From NCBI RefSeq assembly GCF_001194135.2, contig NC_068987.1, positions 681,757 to 731,687 of the forward strand: 49,931 nucleotides of DNA, given 5' to 3'. A program made the position numbers and the translations under genes. This document shows positions 1 through 13,489 of this stretch, one piece after another. How positions within the stretch are numbered: position 1 is the stretch's first letter; each line of letters starts with the position of its first letter. The notes below the pieces were generated by a model. That model saw nothing but the letters and a program-made list of their open reading frames with translations, ran no database searches and was not told where the DNA came from. Source of the DNA: Octopus bimaculoides (taxonomy: Eukaryota).

Positions 1-37
1 TATAATAATAATAATATTAATAATAATAATAATAATA

Positions 38-126
<89 letters not shown>

Positions 127-683
127 AAACTTTGATGCGACTCTCCTCCATGCTGTTTTCTTCCTCATGCCTTCTCTAATTTCCTTCTTCTCTCCCTCCT
201 TCTTTCACCGTTTTCCATCTGTCTCTCCCCCTCTTTCTCTTTCTCTCTCGTTGCTTACACGCGACCATCGTCCGTCTTTCTTTTCCTCACGTGACCACCT
301 TTCTTTTCCTGAACGGACGTTCTTTTCTCTCTCTTCTATCTTTTCTCTTTTCAAAAAATTGTTTCTTACAGCGTTCTCTATTTTCCATTCGTTCTGGTCC
401 AACAACCTTCCATGTTTGTTTTCGATCGGTTTGCTTGTATGTCTCCACTGTCATGTTTTTGCTCCCAACTTTAAACGTCCATAAATTCTAAATTTTATTT
501 TAGAATTTATGGAAGCAACCGTCTTTGAAGACTCATATTGTCGTTGAATGCTCGAAATGAGGAGTAGATAGACAGCCGACAAATGATGAAGGGTCCATTC
601 TCTGTGTTTACTTGTTCTTCATTTTTCTCTCGTTGTTTATGTATTTCACGTTTGAACCGTTGGTGACCTCCTGTACCCATATA

Positions 684-1042
684 NNNNNNNNNNNNNNNNN
701 NNNNNNNNNNNNNNNNNNNNNNNNNNNNNNNNNNNNNNNNNNNNNNNNNNNNNNNNNNNNNNNNNNNNNNNNNNNNNNNNNNNNNNNNNNNNNNNNNNNN
801 NNNNNNNNNNNNNNNNNNNNNNNNNNNNNNNNNNNNNNNNNNNNNNNNNNNNNNNNNNNNNNNNNNNNNNNNNNNNNNNNNNNNNNNNNNNNNNNNNNNN
901 NNNNNNNNNNNNNNNNNNNNNNNNNNNNNNNNNNNNNNNNNNNNNNNNNNNNNNNNNNNNNNNNNNNNNNNNNNNNNNNNNNNNNNNNNNNNNNNNNNNN
1001 NNNNNNNNNNNNNNNNNNNNNNNNNNNNNNNNNNNNNNNNNN
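684..1042. other. Assembly gap, first of 12 (others: 2262-2350, 7177-7424, 8637-8841, 23841-24513, 25195-25730, 26764-27027, 29257-29339, 30588-30720, 40945-41132, 45334-45343, 48406-48415)
   Basis: Runs of N; nearly all abut microsatellites, typical of short-read scaffolding. Confidence 1.
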
Positions 1043-1082
<40 letters not shown>

Positions 1083-1244
1083 GGAGAAAGAAAGAGAAAA
1101 ACTTATGTTGTTCAAGATGTTGCATGAGTGCCTAAATTGAATTTGAATACAACGTAAAGAAGCGAACCTGATGAAACAAAGCATCTCGCCTGCCCCTCCA
1201 ACAATTCCACTAATCCACCCTACCCACTCGCTTCAGAATTGTCA

Positions 1245-1355
1245 CTTTATTTATCAACCTAAGAAGTTGCTGAACTGTAAATTTAACCCCAGCAGAATCT
1301 GAACTCAGAGCCCAAAGATGTGAAAGAAATCCAGCACGGCATTCTATCCAACTAA
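1245..1355 (-). mobile_element. Degenerate SINE copy (family A, the family best preserved at 47063-47267 and 49530-49712)
   Basis: Plus-strand TTATTTATCAACC...GCAGAATCTGAACTCAGAG...AAAGA...GAAAT aligns by eye to the 47.1-kb copy (TTTATCGATCCC...ATTTGAACTCAGAACG). Confidence 0.55.
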
Positions 1356-2222
1356 TGACGCTTTTATCCATACACACATACATACATACATACACCCATA
1401 CACGTACATGCACATACACATGTGTGTATGAGTGTATGTGTGTGTGTGATTATGTATGTATATTAGTATGTGAGTGTATGCATTTGAAGAAAAAAAAGTA
1501 TTCAGCACATAGAGAAGCATTTATTTTGTTGATAATTTCCAGAAAGACTGAAAAAGTTTTCTTAATGAGAACCTCAGAGTAGTTACAGAATAAATCATCA
1601 AAGAATCACACAAATGATTATCTAATTTTAACACTTTGAAAAAAAAAATGGTACGTATATACATAGCGGAGTGTAGCGACACAGCATCACCTGTCTTCGT
1701 CAGAGCCACCGTATCTAGTAATTATTCAAAGCTGGTAAATTGTTGTTTGACGGAGAAATATAAACCAAGCCACATAAAGTTAAGAATTGAGAATATATAA
1801 ATGAATAGTAAAAATGAACAGAGCTAATCTCGATGTGTAATCACAGTAATTTTGCTAATCCGTTCCATGGCAAGATATAAAGCCTCAATAATAGATTACG
1901 GCACATATACCACTACCTTGTGTTTCATTTCTGCGAATACAGTGAAAATACAAAGAAGCTTGCTGTGTCCGATTATCAGGATACTTGCGGGAAAACTATC
2001 GTTGTAGTTTAACTACAAACGTACTATGTGCGAGCGTGTGCACGTTTACGCGTGTGTATGTGTACGCGTTTGCGCGCTCATCTATATCCGTGCGTATTAC
2101 GCGAGTAATGGTGAGAGACGAGCCGTCCGTCGGGTTAACTAAAAATCCATTCAATTCTGCATTATAAAATGGATGAGTATTTGTTAGAATATTGGGCCTT
2201 CTGGCTTTCTGACCGTGATTAT

Positions 2223-2261
<39 letters not shown>

Positions 2262-2370
2262 NNNNNNNNNNNNNNNNNNNNNNNNNNNNNNNNNNNNNNN
2301 NNNNNNNNNNNNNNNNNNNNNNNNNNNNNNNNNNNNNNNNNNNNNNNNNNATATATATACTTACATATAT

Positions 2371-2432
<62 letters not shown>

Positions 2433-2526
2433 GTATATATTTTTATGTATGTATGTGTATATATATATACGTATGTAGATGTATATATGTATATGTATAT
2501 ACATACATACACACATATATATATAC

Positions 2527-2581
<55 letters not shown>

Positions 2582-3708
2582 AATACCTGAACACATACGC
2601 ACGCACTCTCCACATAGACTCTTCTATGCAATATATAAATCACGAGTAGGACATCTCCCCAAAAATAACTGCGAGGCTTCCGTGCGAGTGAGCTGCGTTG
2701 TTTGTGAGTATGTATGCAGGTGAATGTGTGTGCGTGTGTGTGTGAGTTGTGTGTGTGTGAGTTGTGTGTGTGTGAGTTGTGTGTGTGTGTGTGTGTGTGC
2801 GTGTGCGTGTGTGTGTGTGAATCACTTATGATAAGAGGACAATGATAGAAGTGAGAAGTGAAATGAGAGAAATCACCAGAGGTTATGATGTGGAGTAGAG
2901 ATTCGTGGAGAGATTAGAAATGAAATTAATCACCAATTATATTAATGAGAGGAGTCACTGTCCAACCTGACCTCCTTTCACAACACTGACAGCAACAACA
3001 ACAAGAGCAACAACAGCAAATAATAGTAAACAATACCAACATAGAACACTAAGAGACTAAGTGTGTTAACCGCCTCGCCCGGAGTTTTGACGCGGTTGAT
3101 CGACTTGCTAAAATTAGAAGGCGGATCTTCAAAACGCGACGTGAAGCTTTTGCCTTAATTTAAAAAAAAAAAAAGTTAGATAATGTAGCCCTAGATAGAC
3201 TTTGCTTCAGAGAGAAATAAGATTTCTTAGATGGCATAACTTTGATCATTGTTTCCCTCAACCATGGATGGACTGGGAAGAAGGTGGGGTTTACTCAACC
3301 ACATGGAAAACACCAACCAATCCCATCACAAATGACTCCTCCCCTAATTTAAATATTCACTATCTTACAGGTATGTGTGTATGTATGTGTGTGTGTATAT
3401 ATTTATATATAGACATGCACAATACACTTATGTTGTTGCAAATAAACCAGCTTCAGACTCGGAGTTAATTACTAATTAAACTTCTCCCCAACCACACACC
3501 TACTATTCATTTAATTGTTTAAAGTCTCTTTAGAAATAAAGTCCTCTCACAAAATATATTTTTGTCTCTTTTAATCTAAAGCTGCCACCATTACGTAAAA
3601 GATAGTAAATTTGAACCCAAAAGTCACAGCATTGGCAGCCATATTTGTTCTAGATACTTCTCTGAGTCTTACAACTCTTTCATTCCTAAAATTCCGGAAA
3701 TGTATTCT

Positions 3709-3845
3709 GGTGGCGAACTGGCACGAATTCGTCAGTACACTGAACAGGCTGCCTGGTGGTATTTATTCTGAGTCGTCGTTTCCTGATCTCAAATCTCGCC
3801 GAGGTCAACCTTGCTTTTCATCGATTAAGGTTTGACCAAAAGTAC
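3709..3845 (+). mobile_element. Degenerate SINE copy (family A), 5' half
   Basis: GGTGGCGAACTGGCACGAA head...TCAAATCTCGCCGAGGTCAACCTTGCTTTTCATC...AAGTAC. It matches the 47.1-kb head (GGCGGCGGGAATGGCAGAATCG) and the 49.5-kb body (TCAAATTCTGCCGAGGTCGAATTTGCCTTTTATC). Confidence 0.65.
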
Positions 3846-4814
3846 AAGAAACAGGGATGATGAGTTTGTGAAATGGAAGAAGAAAATTACATGGGATGCA
3901 TTGCAATATTTGTACTGCCTCTTTACGTTTGGAGTTCAAATCGCTCTTTGGCCTATTTGAGCGGTAGAATTAACCCATCAGACAATTTAACCCCACTTCT
4001 ACGTCTTTTGCTGCCTCTAGCGGTGTACACTCTGTAGGAAGCAATCCTCTCTTCCTCCCACAAGTGACGGAGGATCAACAGAGAATCAACGGTAATGCCC
4101 TTCTCTCCTGATATAAAAGGGATAAAAATAAATTACTTATGAACAAACATTTTTCTTTGACAGAGAACCTACCCTACCCAACCCTTCTAAATGTGCCAAT
4201 ATCACAAAGGAAATTATTAATCGTGACCAGTACGAGTTTTCACTGCTAGAGCTAGAGTGGCACTTTAAGCATGAGATTTCCAAGAGTTCTTTCTTGTGGG
4301 TTTCATATATTTTGGTAACCATTTTAGCGCTGCTGTTATAGCAAAAAATCCATTTGGCTTCAATGCTTTGGCGCTGAGGACATGTTGTTTTCTTGTATTC
4401 TACATTTCCACTAATTGCCAGAGTAGTCCCATCCATATAATGTTAATTCTGTTACTCACTACAACAAAACTACTCCACAAACAATGTTTAAAATTTTACA
4501 CGAGTTTTGTTTTTGTATAAAATTATTGGTGAAGTATACCAGAACGCTTTAAAGAAATGGAACGAAGATGGAACGCTTTAAAGAAATATTTGTCACAGGA
4601 AGTGAAACTGGTGGTGCATTGGAATTGTGAAATACTTTGATTGAAGCAATTAAAAAAAGTATTCGGTGCCTCGATTGGGTTCATCCGTTGAACACTGCAA
4701 TACTCAGGTTGTCCGCGTGTTTAGCAGATTGTTCTTCAGCTAACAGCTACATTCCTAATACTTTAGCGCTTACATTTTCCTGCACCTCCCAAACTTCTAC
4801 TATATCTGGGTATC

Positions 4815-4925
4815 CCCACCAGGCATAGTACATCAAGGACTAAATTATTCAATGTGCTCTTCCAGATTCAATACAGTTGGGTGAATGGTATTTAGCTGCT
4901 ATGCCTAGCTCTTCGAGCGACCCTG
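4815..4925 (-). repeat. Decayed interspersed-repeat 3' fragment (related scraps near 3090-3135 + and 14810-14960 +)
   Basis: Loosely shared GCTA(R)...TAGCAGC motif among the three sites. It resembles a common octopus retroposon 3' region as I recall it; not verified. Confidence 0.3.
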
Positions 4926-5195
4926 TAGTGGCCTCTTGGCTGACTGAAATAGTTGTAATTACTATATTTATTATTATAAATTATTATCAATTACATACGG
5001 CCTAACACTATAAGCACAACCTACACCATATCTACCTGTGAAATCTAGTCCCACGTTACGTATAATTTGCCTTTAGATAATAACAGTGTTAATTGTTAAC
5101 ACATCCTAATGAGATAATCGTCATTATATCCACGCTTCACAACCACAAATTGCTGTAACGTTCATAACATTTCCTTCAACGACACTTCATCCACA

Positions 5196-5320
<125 letters not shown>

Positions 5321-5527
5321 ATAACGAATGGCCACACATGTCGACAGGATATTGCTAATGATCTAACGCTAGGTTTGGGATTTAATTCAAGCTTACAACA
5401 CAGTAATATGCAGTTCCTTCGTCTAATAAAGAAAAGCAGGAAGCAAAAGCCAGGGAGATTTATAGCCTGGTAAATGAACATCAACAGGCGAGGATGGAAC
5501 ATACCAGATGGATTACGCTGAGACATA

Positions 5528-5563
<36 letters not shown>

Positions 5564-6157
5564 TACATACAAACAAGCATATGCATATAAGTAGATACAT
5601 GCATACATGCACAAACATGTATATATGGCTCCGTTCTCAGTAAATACCTTTCTTTCCCTCTCAGATTCCCCCCCTCTCTCTCTCTCTCTAGCATTTTTGC
5701 TGTCTTCTTGACTTTCACTGTTTAGTTATCATCTCAAAGACAATCCACTCATCAAAGGCAAAGGAGGGGTGATGATAGAAAAATATCCTGTTATAGGATC
5801 ACGTGCTACGCAGTTTATGTAATCACTTATTAAGCACAAGGTCACGTGATTCAAGTCATACTGTCACCGGGAACATGAATCTACTGTAATACACGAAAAC
5901 ATGCATTCTTATCAATGTGTATACACATATACACAACGCAAAAGACACACTCACACAGACACACATACATATACATACAATTAAGGCTATCAAACTAGAA
6001 AAACTGTCTTCACCATCCCTACCTCTTTACCCAACCTTCTAAACATGCATTTCTCCTGTGCTACACGAGGACTCCTATTTCTTGCTGCTCACTCAATTAA
6101 AACAGCACCAAATTTTCATTTACATCACTCTGTCCACTAAAAGAATAACTTGTCGAA

Positions 6158-6211
<54 letters not shown>

Positions 6212-6859
6212 TTGAAAAAAGAACAACAATGACTCCACTGGTAGTTCTAATCAGTTTGATTTATTATTAATTTTTTAATGAGAAATTAAACTGATCAGAA
6301 CTACCAGTGAAATCATTCTTGTTCTTTTTTCAAATATACCTAACTGTACCAAGGATCTCACACATTTTCCAATATATATGTGTATGTGTGTGAGTGTGTG
6401 TGTGTGGGGTGGTGGTGGGGTGGGGGTGTGTGGTGTATGAGCTGTGCGTATAATACAGGACTGACTTGGTGCTTCAACTGAGGTACCGACTAGGTAGAAA
6501 CTTCGAAGTCACTGCCAATATTTTTCTCGTAAAGAATCTATAAATACGATGCTCTAATGAAAAGTATCGCCTGATTCTTCAGTTTAGTGATGAACTGCTT
6601 TATCTAACTTTGCATAACAAAAAAAAAGGAAAAAACATTAATATGGATACGCATACAAATATGCGTACATATTCACATACATCAAAATGTCCATGTAAGC
6701 ATATATGTATTTACAATAATTACGAATATATATATGTGTGTATATATATTATTAAAAAAAAACGGAGAAAAATGCAACAATGCGAGGACGTGGTATAAGC
6801 AAAGTATTACGAAGACGCTCAGGGAAGGGAAAATTATATATATATAATAATATTCTGTT

Positions 6860-7176
6860 GTATCTGGGGAGAGTCATTCTCTTTTAGTGCCTTATAATCT
6901 AACGCACGCACCGGTAAAATTTCCACTCATTTACTTATTTATTCTTCTAAAAGTTTCGTTGCTTCTTGCAACCTTTTCAATAGTTTTTGACTACTGAAAA
7001 GGTTGCAAGACGCAACGAAAATTTTAGAAAAATAAATAAAGGAGTGGAAATTTTACCGGTGCGTGTGTTAGATTATAGCATTAGGCAAGAAATTGAAATT
7101 TGTTTTGGCCCATTACACATCACGGACCCTAAGTAAGGCATGTGTAAAATTTGAATGAAATCGGTTGGCTAGTTCT
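6860..7176. mobile_element. Putative non-autonomous fold-back element (MITE or Helentron/HINE-like) containing a 185-bp palindrome; right end lost in an N-gap
   Basis: Arms 6893-6984 and 6990-7077 are near-perfect reverse complements. A small GAGA-gtcat-TCTC hairpin lies upstream. Downstream is AAATTTGAATGAAATCGGTTGGCTAGTTCT, reminiscent of DINE-1/HINE 3' regions. Confidence 0.55.
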
Positions 7177-8546
7177 NNNNNNNNNNNNNNNNNNNNNNNN
7201 NNNNNNNNNNNNNNNNNNNNNNNNNNNNNNNNNNNNNNNNNNNNNNNNNNNNNNNNNNNNNNNNNNNNNNNNNNNNNNNNNNNNNNNNNNNNNNNNNNNN
7301 NNNNNNNNNNNNNNNNNNNNNNNNNNNNNNNNNNNNNNNNNNNNNNNNNNNNNNNNNNNNNNNNNNNNNNNNNNNNNNNNNNNNNNNNNNNNNNNNNNNN
7401 NNNNNNNNNNNNNNNNNNNNNNNNTATATATATATATATATATATATATATGAATGTATGTAAGTGTGTAAATCTTTGTAAAGATGAACGAATGAGTCAC
7501 ATGCCGGCTTTCAATTTTAAGAGTACATGTCGATGTGAGCATAAAACTAAGGATAACTGGCATCTGACCAAAGCTTTAATTAATTCATCAGGGAAACAAC
7601 GGGTGGGAAAGGGGTTGCAACGACACCAGTGACCAGACATAGTGTCTTGGGACGTTTTGGAAGCTTGTTACTTGTATGATTTATCATGTGAATAACGTTC
7701 GTAATAATGCCATTGTATAGACATGTATATTACTTACTAATACGCACACACACACATATATATAGGCATACATATATAAGTACATGCATACGTATGTATT
7801 TATTTAGATAGATATGAATATAAGTATATATTTGCCTCTGTGTAGGTAAATCTATATGCATGCAGATATATGTGTGAATGTGTGTATATGTATATACATA
7901 CATATAATTATAGACACATATAAATATGCACTTGTGCTTACATATGTAAATATCTAGTCATACCTTAATAAATATTTACATATTACATATAAGGAACATG
8001 CATAAAATGCATTACATGCAATACGTATTTATAAATATGTATATAAATATCACTATATATTTTGGGGATGTTCAAAAGGGCCACACAATCAATGGAATGT
8101 AATATGCTAATTTGCTGAGGGAGATAGGAAAGGCTACCGATATCAAGTGCCCAGTAAAACTGACGAAAGGGCTTTTGTTTCATCAGGAGACACAAGGCAC
8201 GCTATGAAAATCTGCCGAATCGCAGGGTCTCCGCGGCAAGAAAATTTTAGTAGCACCAATGATACATTGTCATATTTATCTCCCACTGAACGGCGAACTT
8301 ATTTCGATCTTACCATAACGGAAGTGTGAACTATATATATATAAATATATATATATACTTGTATATATGTGTGTTGTGTTTGTGCGTGTGTGTGTATGTG
8401 CATGCATATACCTATCTATACCTTCGTATTTGCGTTTGTATACGTATCTTTGTGATATTGAGATATAGAAATTGATGCATTATTATGTAAAGTAGATTAG
8501 CAGAAATATTCGTGTGCAATTAATAACCACTCGTCCCTAACTCTGT

Positions 8547-8616
<70 letters not shown>

Positions 8617-8841
8617 TATATATATATATATATATANNNNNNNNNNNNNNNNNNNNNNNNNNNNNNNNNNNNNNNNNNNNNNNNNNNNNNNNNNNNNNNN
8701 NNNNNNNNNNNNNNNNNNNNNNNNNNNNNNNNNNNNNNNNNNNNNNNNNNNNNNNNNNNNNNNNNNNNNNNNNNNNNNNNNNNNNNNNNNNNNNNNNNNN
8801 NNNNNNNNNNNNNNNNNNNNNNNNNNNNNNNNNNNNNNNNN

Positions 8842-8872
<31 letters not shown>

Positions 8873-9664
8873 TCGTGTGTGTGTTGCCTGTGTTTTTGCT
8901 CCTACAAAGAGAGAGAACCGAGAAAGACACAGCCCTGTTCTGAGATCTAACTAGACATATCTGTTGCAGAATTTTCCTGATTTACATTTGTTTGTCAAGT
9001 AATTTCACTTGAATTTCTCAATCGAATGGAAACCGCGCTGCAGATATATTGGGGCCATTAATGCCATTCATTTATTGGTATATCATAAACTCTCGTAGGC
9101 TTTGGTGACATCATAGATTACTGATCAAGCAACACTTCGATTATACAACACTGTGATCAATGATCTTTCACTCTATCTGATAGCTGATCAATGTTAATGA
9201 GTATTTATCGTTCCTAGATATACATTGATGACCTGCTCACTGATACACTACTTCATTTATCTATTTTGAAGTTGGTTATTGGTCAGTTTTCCTAGACTGT
9301 GATTGTACTTTTACGACCTGGCTAAATATACACGGCTTCAGTCGTTGGTCAGTTCTTATCTGTCAATATGTACATCAGTGACATGGTACTAATGCTCTAT
9401 TTCCCTACGTCTGATAGAAGTCAGTTATTCGTAAAGTATTCTTCCTCCCTGTCCAGTCTTGTGAGATGTTGACGAGAGAGAAGATTCTTCTCTCCACCTT
9501 CGATTCTATAACTTTCTAAATTACAAGTTGTTGAATTTGTGAAAAGCTTTTTCTTTTGGTTTGTCCTCATCTTTGTTCATGTTCTTCCGCGTCGTTTGTT
9601 TCTTGATTATTTATTTTTGTTTCCGTGTTGGCTGTGGAGAATCAGTTGCTCAGTCTGTGTGGAT

Positions 9665-9950
9665 AATACATTCATTGGAGAGAACGACAGCTGTTTACAG
9701 GAAGGGAGATGCGGCAGGGTGAGTCACTAGCTGGATATGGTGCAAAAGAGTTTATCTGCAAATCAAAGGGAGATGATGAGCAATGTTTAAGCCACCTCTT
9801 GCCAAGCCACCAACAGGAGATTTTAAGGCCCAGGATCGAAACACGCACTCTCTGATGATCATTGTTCCTCCCCGTCACAGCTGCGCCGTTCACCAAAACT
9901 GAATGAAGGTGAAGAGTTTTCTCATTGGTGCACTAAACCTGGATACTTCA
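9665..9950 (+). mobile_element. Possible decayed LINE 5' region / endonuclease start
   Basis: One frame reads K(stop)MKVKSFLIGALNLDT, resembling the I-G-T-x-N-V-x-T start of APE endonucleases. This is the only motif seen. Confidence 0.25.
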
Positions 9951-10659
9951 ACATATTTTTCTTTCTCATTCGACGAATCATCCTTGCCTCTTTCTCGTTC
10001 TGATTGTTTATCTAATCGTGCTGTTCTTACTTTACAATAAATGTCTATTTGTATCTGGCTCCGTCCTTTCTGTGTATCGGGTAAGTAATTTGTTCTGTAT
10101 AATCTTTCAAGTGCCTTAGAACACTGGTAACAATGTTTTTGTTAGTTCTTTATGGACGAATAAAATTATTGATAAATTTCTATCACAGTAATGGTCCTTC
10201 GTATTTAACCGGAAAATAATACAGTTTGATCTCAGCTAAAAAGCCGAGACTAATAATTCGCAAATGTGATAACGCTTGCCCCCCTCTGTAGACGATGAAC
10301 CACAACGGTGTATAACTGCATACACACGTACACCATGAAAACCGACTAGGCTTTTATTGACACGCTTTTACAGGTTCTCTGAAAGCTTTCGTTGTGGTTA
10401 TATAAATGTAATGATTATAATAAAATAATCATTACAATATCCTTTGAAAATCAAAAAAGCACAGCGTCCCTTGTTGTTGGTGCCGCAGGGGCCAAATCTA
10501 CATTTACCTTGAGAAAGGTAACGACAGGGTTTTTGACGTTGGCATAGTAGAGGTTTTTCTATACTGGCAGGCTCGTTGGTTAGTGGTATTGACCACTGCA
10601 ACGGGTTATATGGGAATGTAGATTAAGGGGCTATGTACGATGTGTTAGTTATAATACCT

Positions 10660-10980
10660 GATAGAGCAAGAAGAAGAGGATGGGACAAAGAACAGAAACC
10701 TGAAGAAGGAGGAGGAGAAGGGGGGGGAACAGAATGAGAAAAAGAGAACAAGGAAGGAAAGGGGAAGTGAGGAGGATGGTAAGAAGAAGGGGAGGGATAG
10801 GGAAAGATAGGAGAAAACAGGGGAGGAGAAGCGGATGAGGAAAAGAGGAAAAAGCTAAAAGGAGGAGGAGAAAGGGAGGAGGAGGAGAACAGGAAAAAGA
10901 CGAAGAAGGAGGATAAGAAGAAGAAAAAGAAGAGAATGATGATGATAATAATAATAATAATAATAATAATATTTAGTCGT
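10660..10980. repeat. Purine-rich (GA/GGA/AAG) low-complexity tract ending in (GAT)n(AAT)n
   Basis: Direct reading. Confidence 0.9.
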
Positions 10981-11334
10981 ATGACCTTCATCTCGTGTAT
11001 TAAAGAAAAGTAAAAGGGTTGTTGGAAGAAATAGAGAAATGGCGACCGAGAACTATGTTCGTATTGGTATTTCAGTTCGTGTTTAGTATTATAGTTTTAT
11101 GTGAAATGTTAAACATTTTGTATTTATTTTATCAGGCTGTTACTGAACAATAGTGTCGTTTATTACATCAGAGACAAACACTAGATCAATGAACTAATGA
11201 TAGTTAATGTGGCAAGGGATTATCTAAAAGTTGCTGCAGAACAGATATCGAAATGAACTTCGAAATAAAGTTCTGAATTTTTCGGTTTTCGTAGCAATGA
11301 CAAGGCGTTTTTCGGATGGGATCCATATTGGCAA

Positions 11335-12137
11335 TAGAAGGAGGCGACACAAACTTCATAATAGACTCAGCCGATAGCTGTACTCTTCCCATTGTTGACA
11401 AAAGCTATCAATCCCGATAATACCGGACACTCCACGAAGGCGTGCAACACAGTTTCTCTATCTTGCCCGCACTTCCGTGCCTTGAAAGCTTGTCTCGAAC
11501 AGGCAAAACCGAACGGTAGCATTGCCAAGCTAGGGATTTCTGTTAATTATCCAGATACCCCAGCCCGAAAGTTCTCCTGAATAGGTTGATTAAATGATTT
11601 CCATCGAAGCCCGGGGTCTCCCCCAGGACATTGTCTGACATAAATTCCACTAACCCGCTATAGAAATCCGCAGCTGAACGCTTGTTGCCGGTATTGCCCG
11701 AGAGAGTAGCTGAAGTGCTTGACGGCACTCCAATTGCCAGTCTCCCAGCTTAGGTCTACGTGTGGTCCATAAGGAGGTCAACTGTGGAATGTAGAACCTG
11801 ACGTGCGGTGACCACACCTGCTCCCCTTCCAAGTAAAGCCAGATGTGCCTCAACGTTAACGCGAGTTTTCGTATCCTCAGCCAAGTCATCCATAGCGGTT
11901 TTTGGCAGCAGACAAAGCACTACAAAAGTGGCTTTACTCCCTTCCACAAAAAGCGGAAAAGGATTCGTTCCAGCTTGTTCAGTCACAAGTCGGGGCAAGG
12001 CACAACGGTCAGGCGGTAGGTGATGACATACTATGAACATCTGCGTCACCTCCGCCTTCTCTAGCAAAGATAACACCTGCCCAGACCAGGTCTAGGTTAA
12101 GGAAGTCCCCCTGCTCATGACCTCGCTCCAATTCTGG
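11335..12137 (-). pseudogene. L1/Tx1-clade non-LTR retrotransposon ORF2 C-terminus (post-RT thumb to CCHC zinc knuckle), frameshifted
   Basis: Stitched minus-strand frames read: NWSEVMSR..W..QVLSLLEKAEV; ITYRLTVVPCPDL*LNKLERILFRFLWKG; WLRIRKLALTLRHIWLYLEGEQVWSP; DNVLGETPGFDGNHLINLFRRTFG; SLAWQCYRSVLPVRDKLSRHGS; GQDRETVLHAFVECP; GRVQLSAESIMKFVSPPS. The W...LP.RD.L and ET..H.F.eCP motifs are typical of the L1/Tx1 zf-RVT region. Confidence 0.85.
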
Positions 12138-12428
12138 GGGAGTTACACTTTTACTATCAGGTGCCCTCGACATTAAGGGAGTGGGTATTTTTGTTGTCGT
12201 CGGGACTGGTTTATGCGTGGGTTGGGGCTTTTTAAAAACAATGGTTCTTTTTTTTGTTTCTTCTGTTGCGTTAATGGGAGGCGATATGTTTACATTACCC
12301 TCCGCCTCCGTCATTCTTTGGAACATTTCCTGGAAGTCCCCAAATGGGATCTCCAGATTTTCTGTTTGTACGGCGGCGACAGCTGCGAAGCCCTTGGTAA
12401 CCGTATTTGGAGGCTGGTTAGCCTCCAA
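12138..12428 (-). pseudogene. Putative ORF1 (gag-like) N-terminal fragment of the same Tx1-like element
   Basis: Open frame from TTG at 12428: EANQPPNTVTKGFAAVAAVQ...EETKKRTIVFKK...IPTPLMSRA. It contains an S/G-F/Y-A-A-V-A motif common at LINE ORF1 N-termini and abuts the ORF2 fragment on the same strand. Confidence 0.55.
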
Positions 12429-13386
12429 AGCATTACACTCTTCGAGAGAGCATTTTCTCTAATTATTTCAACCGACATTTCGGTTGAGATAGATTAGTAA
12501 GAAACACACGAAAAAAAAAGACAAAAAAAAAACGAATACATTTCTACCTCTGTATATGTTCATACCCTTATGTATGCTCACATGATAACCATAGTACCAC
12601 AGTGGTTCATTGAAATAGTTGCTGCATTTATGGAATATACGGTACAGCATTGAATAACCCATGTTACCGTGGGCTAATGTTGTTTGAACCCGCTCTCTAT
12701 GAAATATTGCACGGAACTTTGTTAGAAAACAGGAGACGTTTTTCTAAAATTGCATTGTTTGTACCGACTGCATTCCGCCATTTTCTTCACGATTGTATGT
12801 GCTTAATGGCATTCTTGTTTGTGTTTTCGGAGTCACGTGTTACTTGATATCATTTCGTTAACATAAATAAAATATACGGAGGCGATATGTGTTTTAAAGA
12901 TGTCGCTAGATCTGAAGGAGATGATTTCCAAAGCTAACGATATAACCTTTTCCAATAGGTTTTCATTTACACTGAATAACACTTCTGGTTCCTTTGACAT
13001 CACACATGTATTGGTTGCTATCATTATCATTCTCTCCTTTGCTTTCCTTGTCTCTCTCTCTCTCTTTCTTTATTCTTATGCCACATGCACACTCACACAC
13101 ACAAAATCTCTCTCTCCCTGACAGACGTCATGTGGGCGATGTTGGCGTTGATGTGTGTGTTCTCTTAATGGATGACTGATGAGGGCAAATGTACAACTGC
13201 GGACATCTCTTCATTTAGAAATCATTATGAGGAAATATGTGAGTCAGTGACAGACCAGCAGAGCAAGTATTATCACAGGGATTTAATAGTCAGAACAACA
13301 GCTAAGAATATTTAATACCTTCAAGCGTGCTGTCTTCACTGAGGTCAAACTGTTCAGTTATCACAATTAACTTAATGTCTCTCTCT

Positions 13387-13489
<103 letters not shown>

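Noticed and set aside
4542-4587. 17-bp direct repeat GAACGCTTTAAAGAAAT x2 with a 12-bp spacer
   Set aside because: Only two units, a small local duplication. It is not CRISPR-like, and the context is eukaryotic.
4137-4830. Non-repetitive ORFs 4137-4436 (-), 4296-4520 (+) and 4637-4828 (+)
   Set aside because: Short, with no recognisable domain or splice context; compatible with chance ORFs or decayed repeats.
5799-5850. Two TCACGTG E-boxes 42 bp apart
   Set aside because: Short motifs with no promoter or gene context; others occur singly at about 16725 and 41176.
10407-10436. 12-bp perfect inverted repeat TGTAATGATTAT/ATAATCATTACA
   Set aside because: Short and very AT-rich; expected by chance in this composition.
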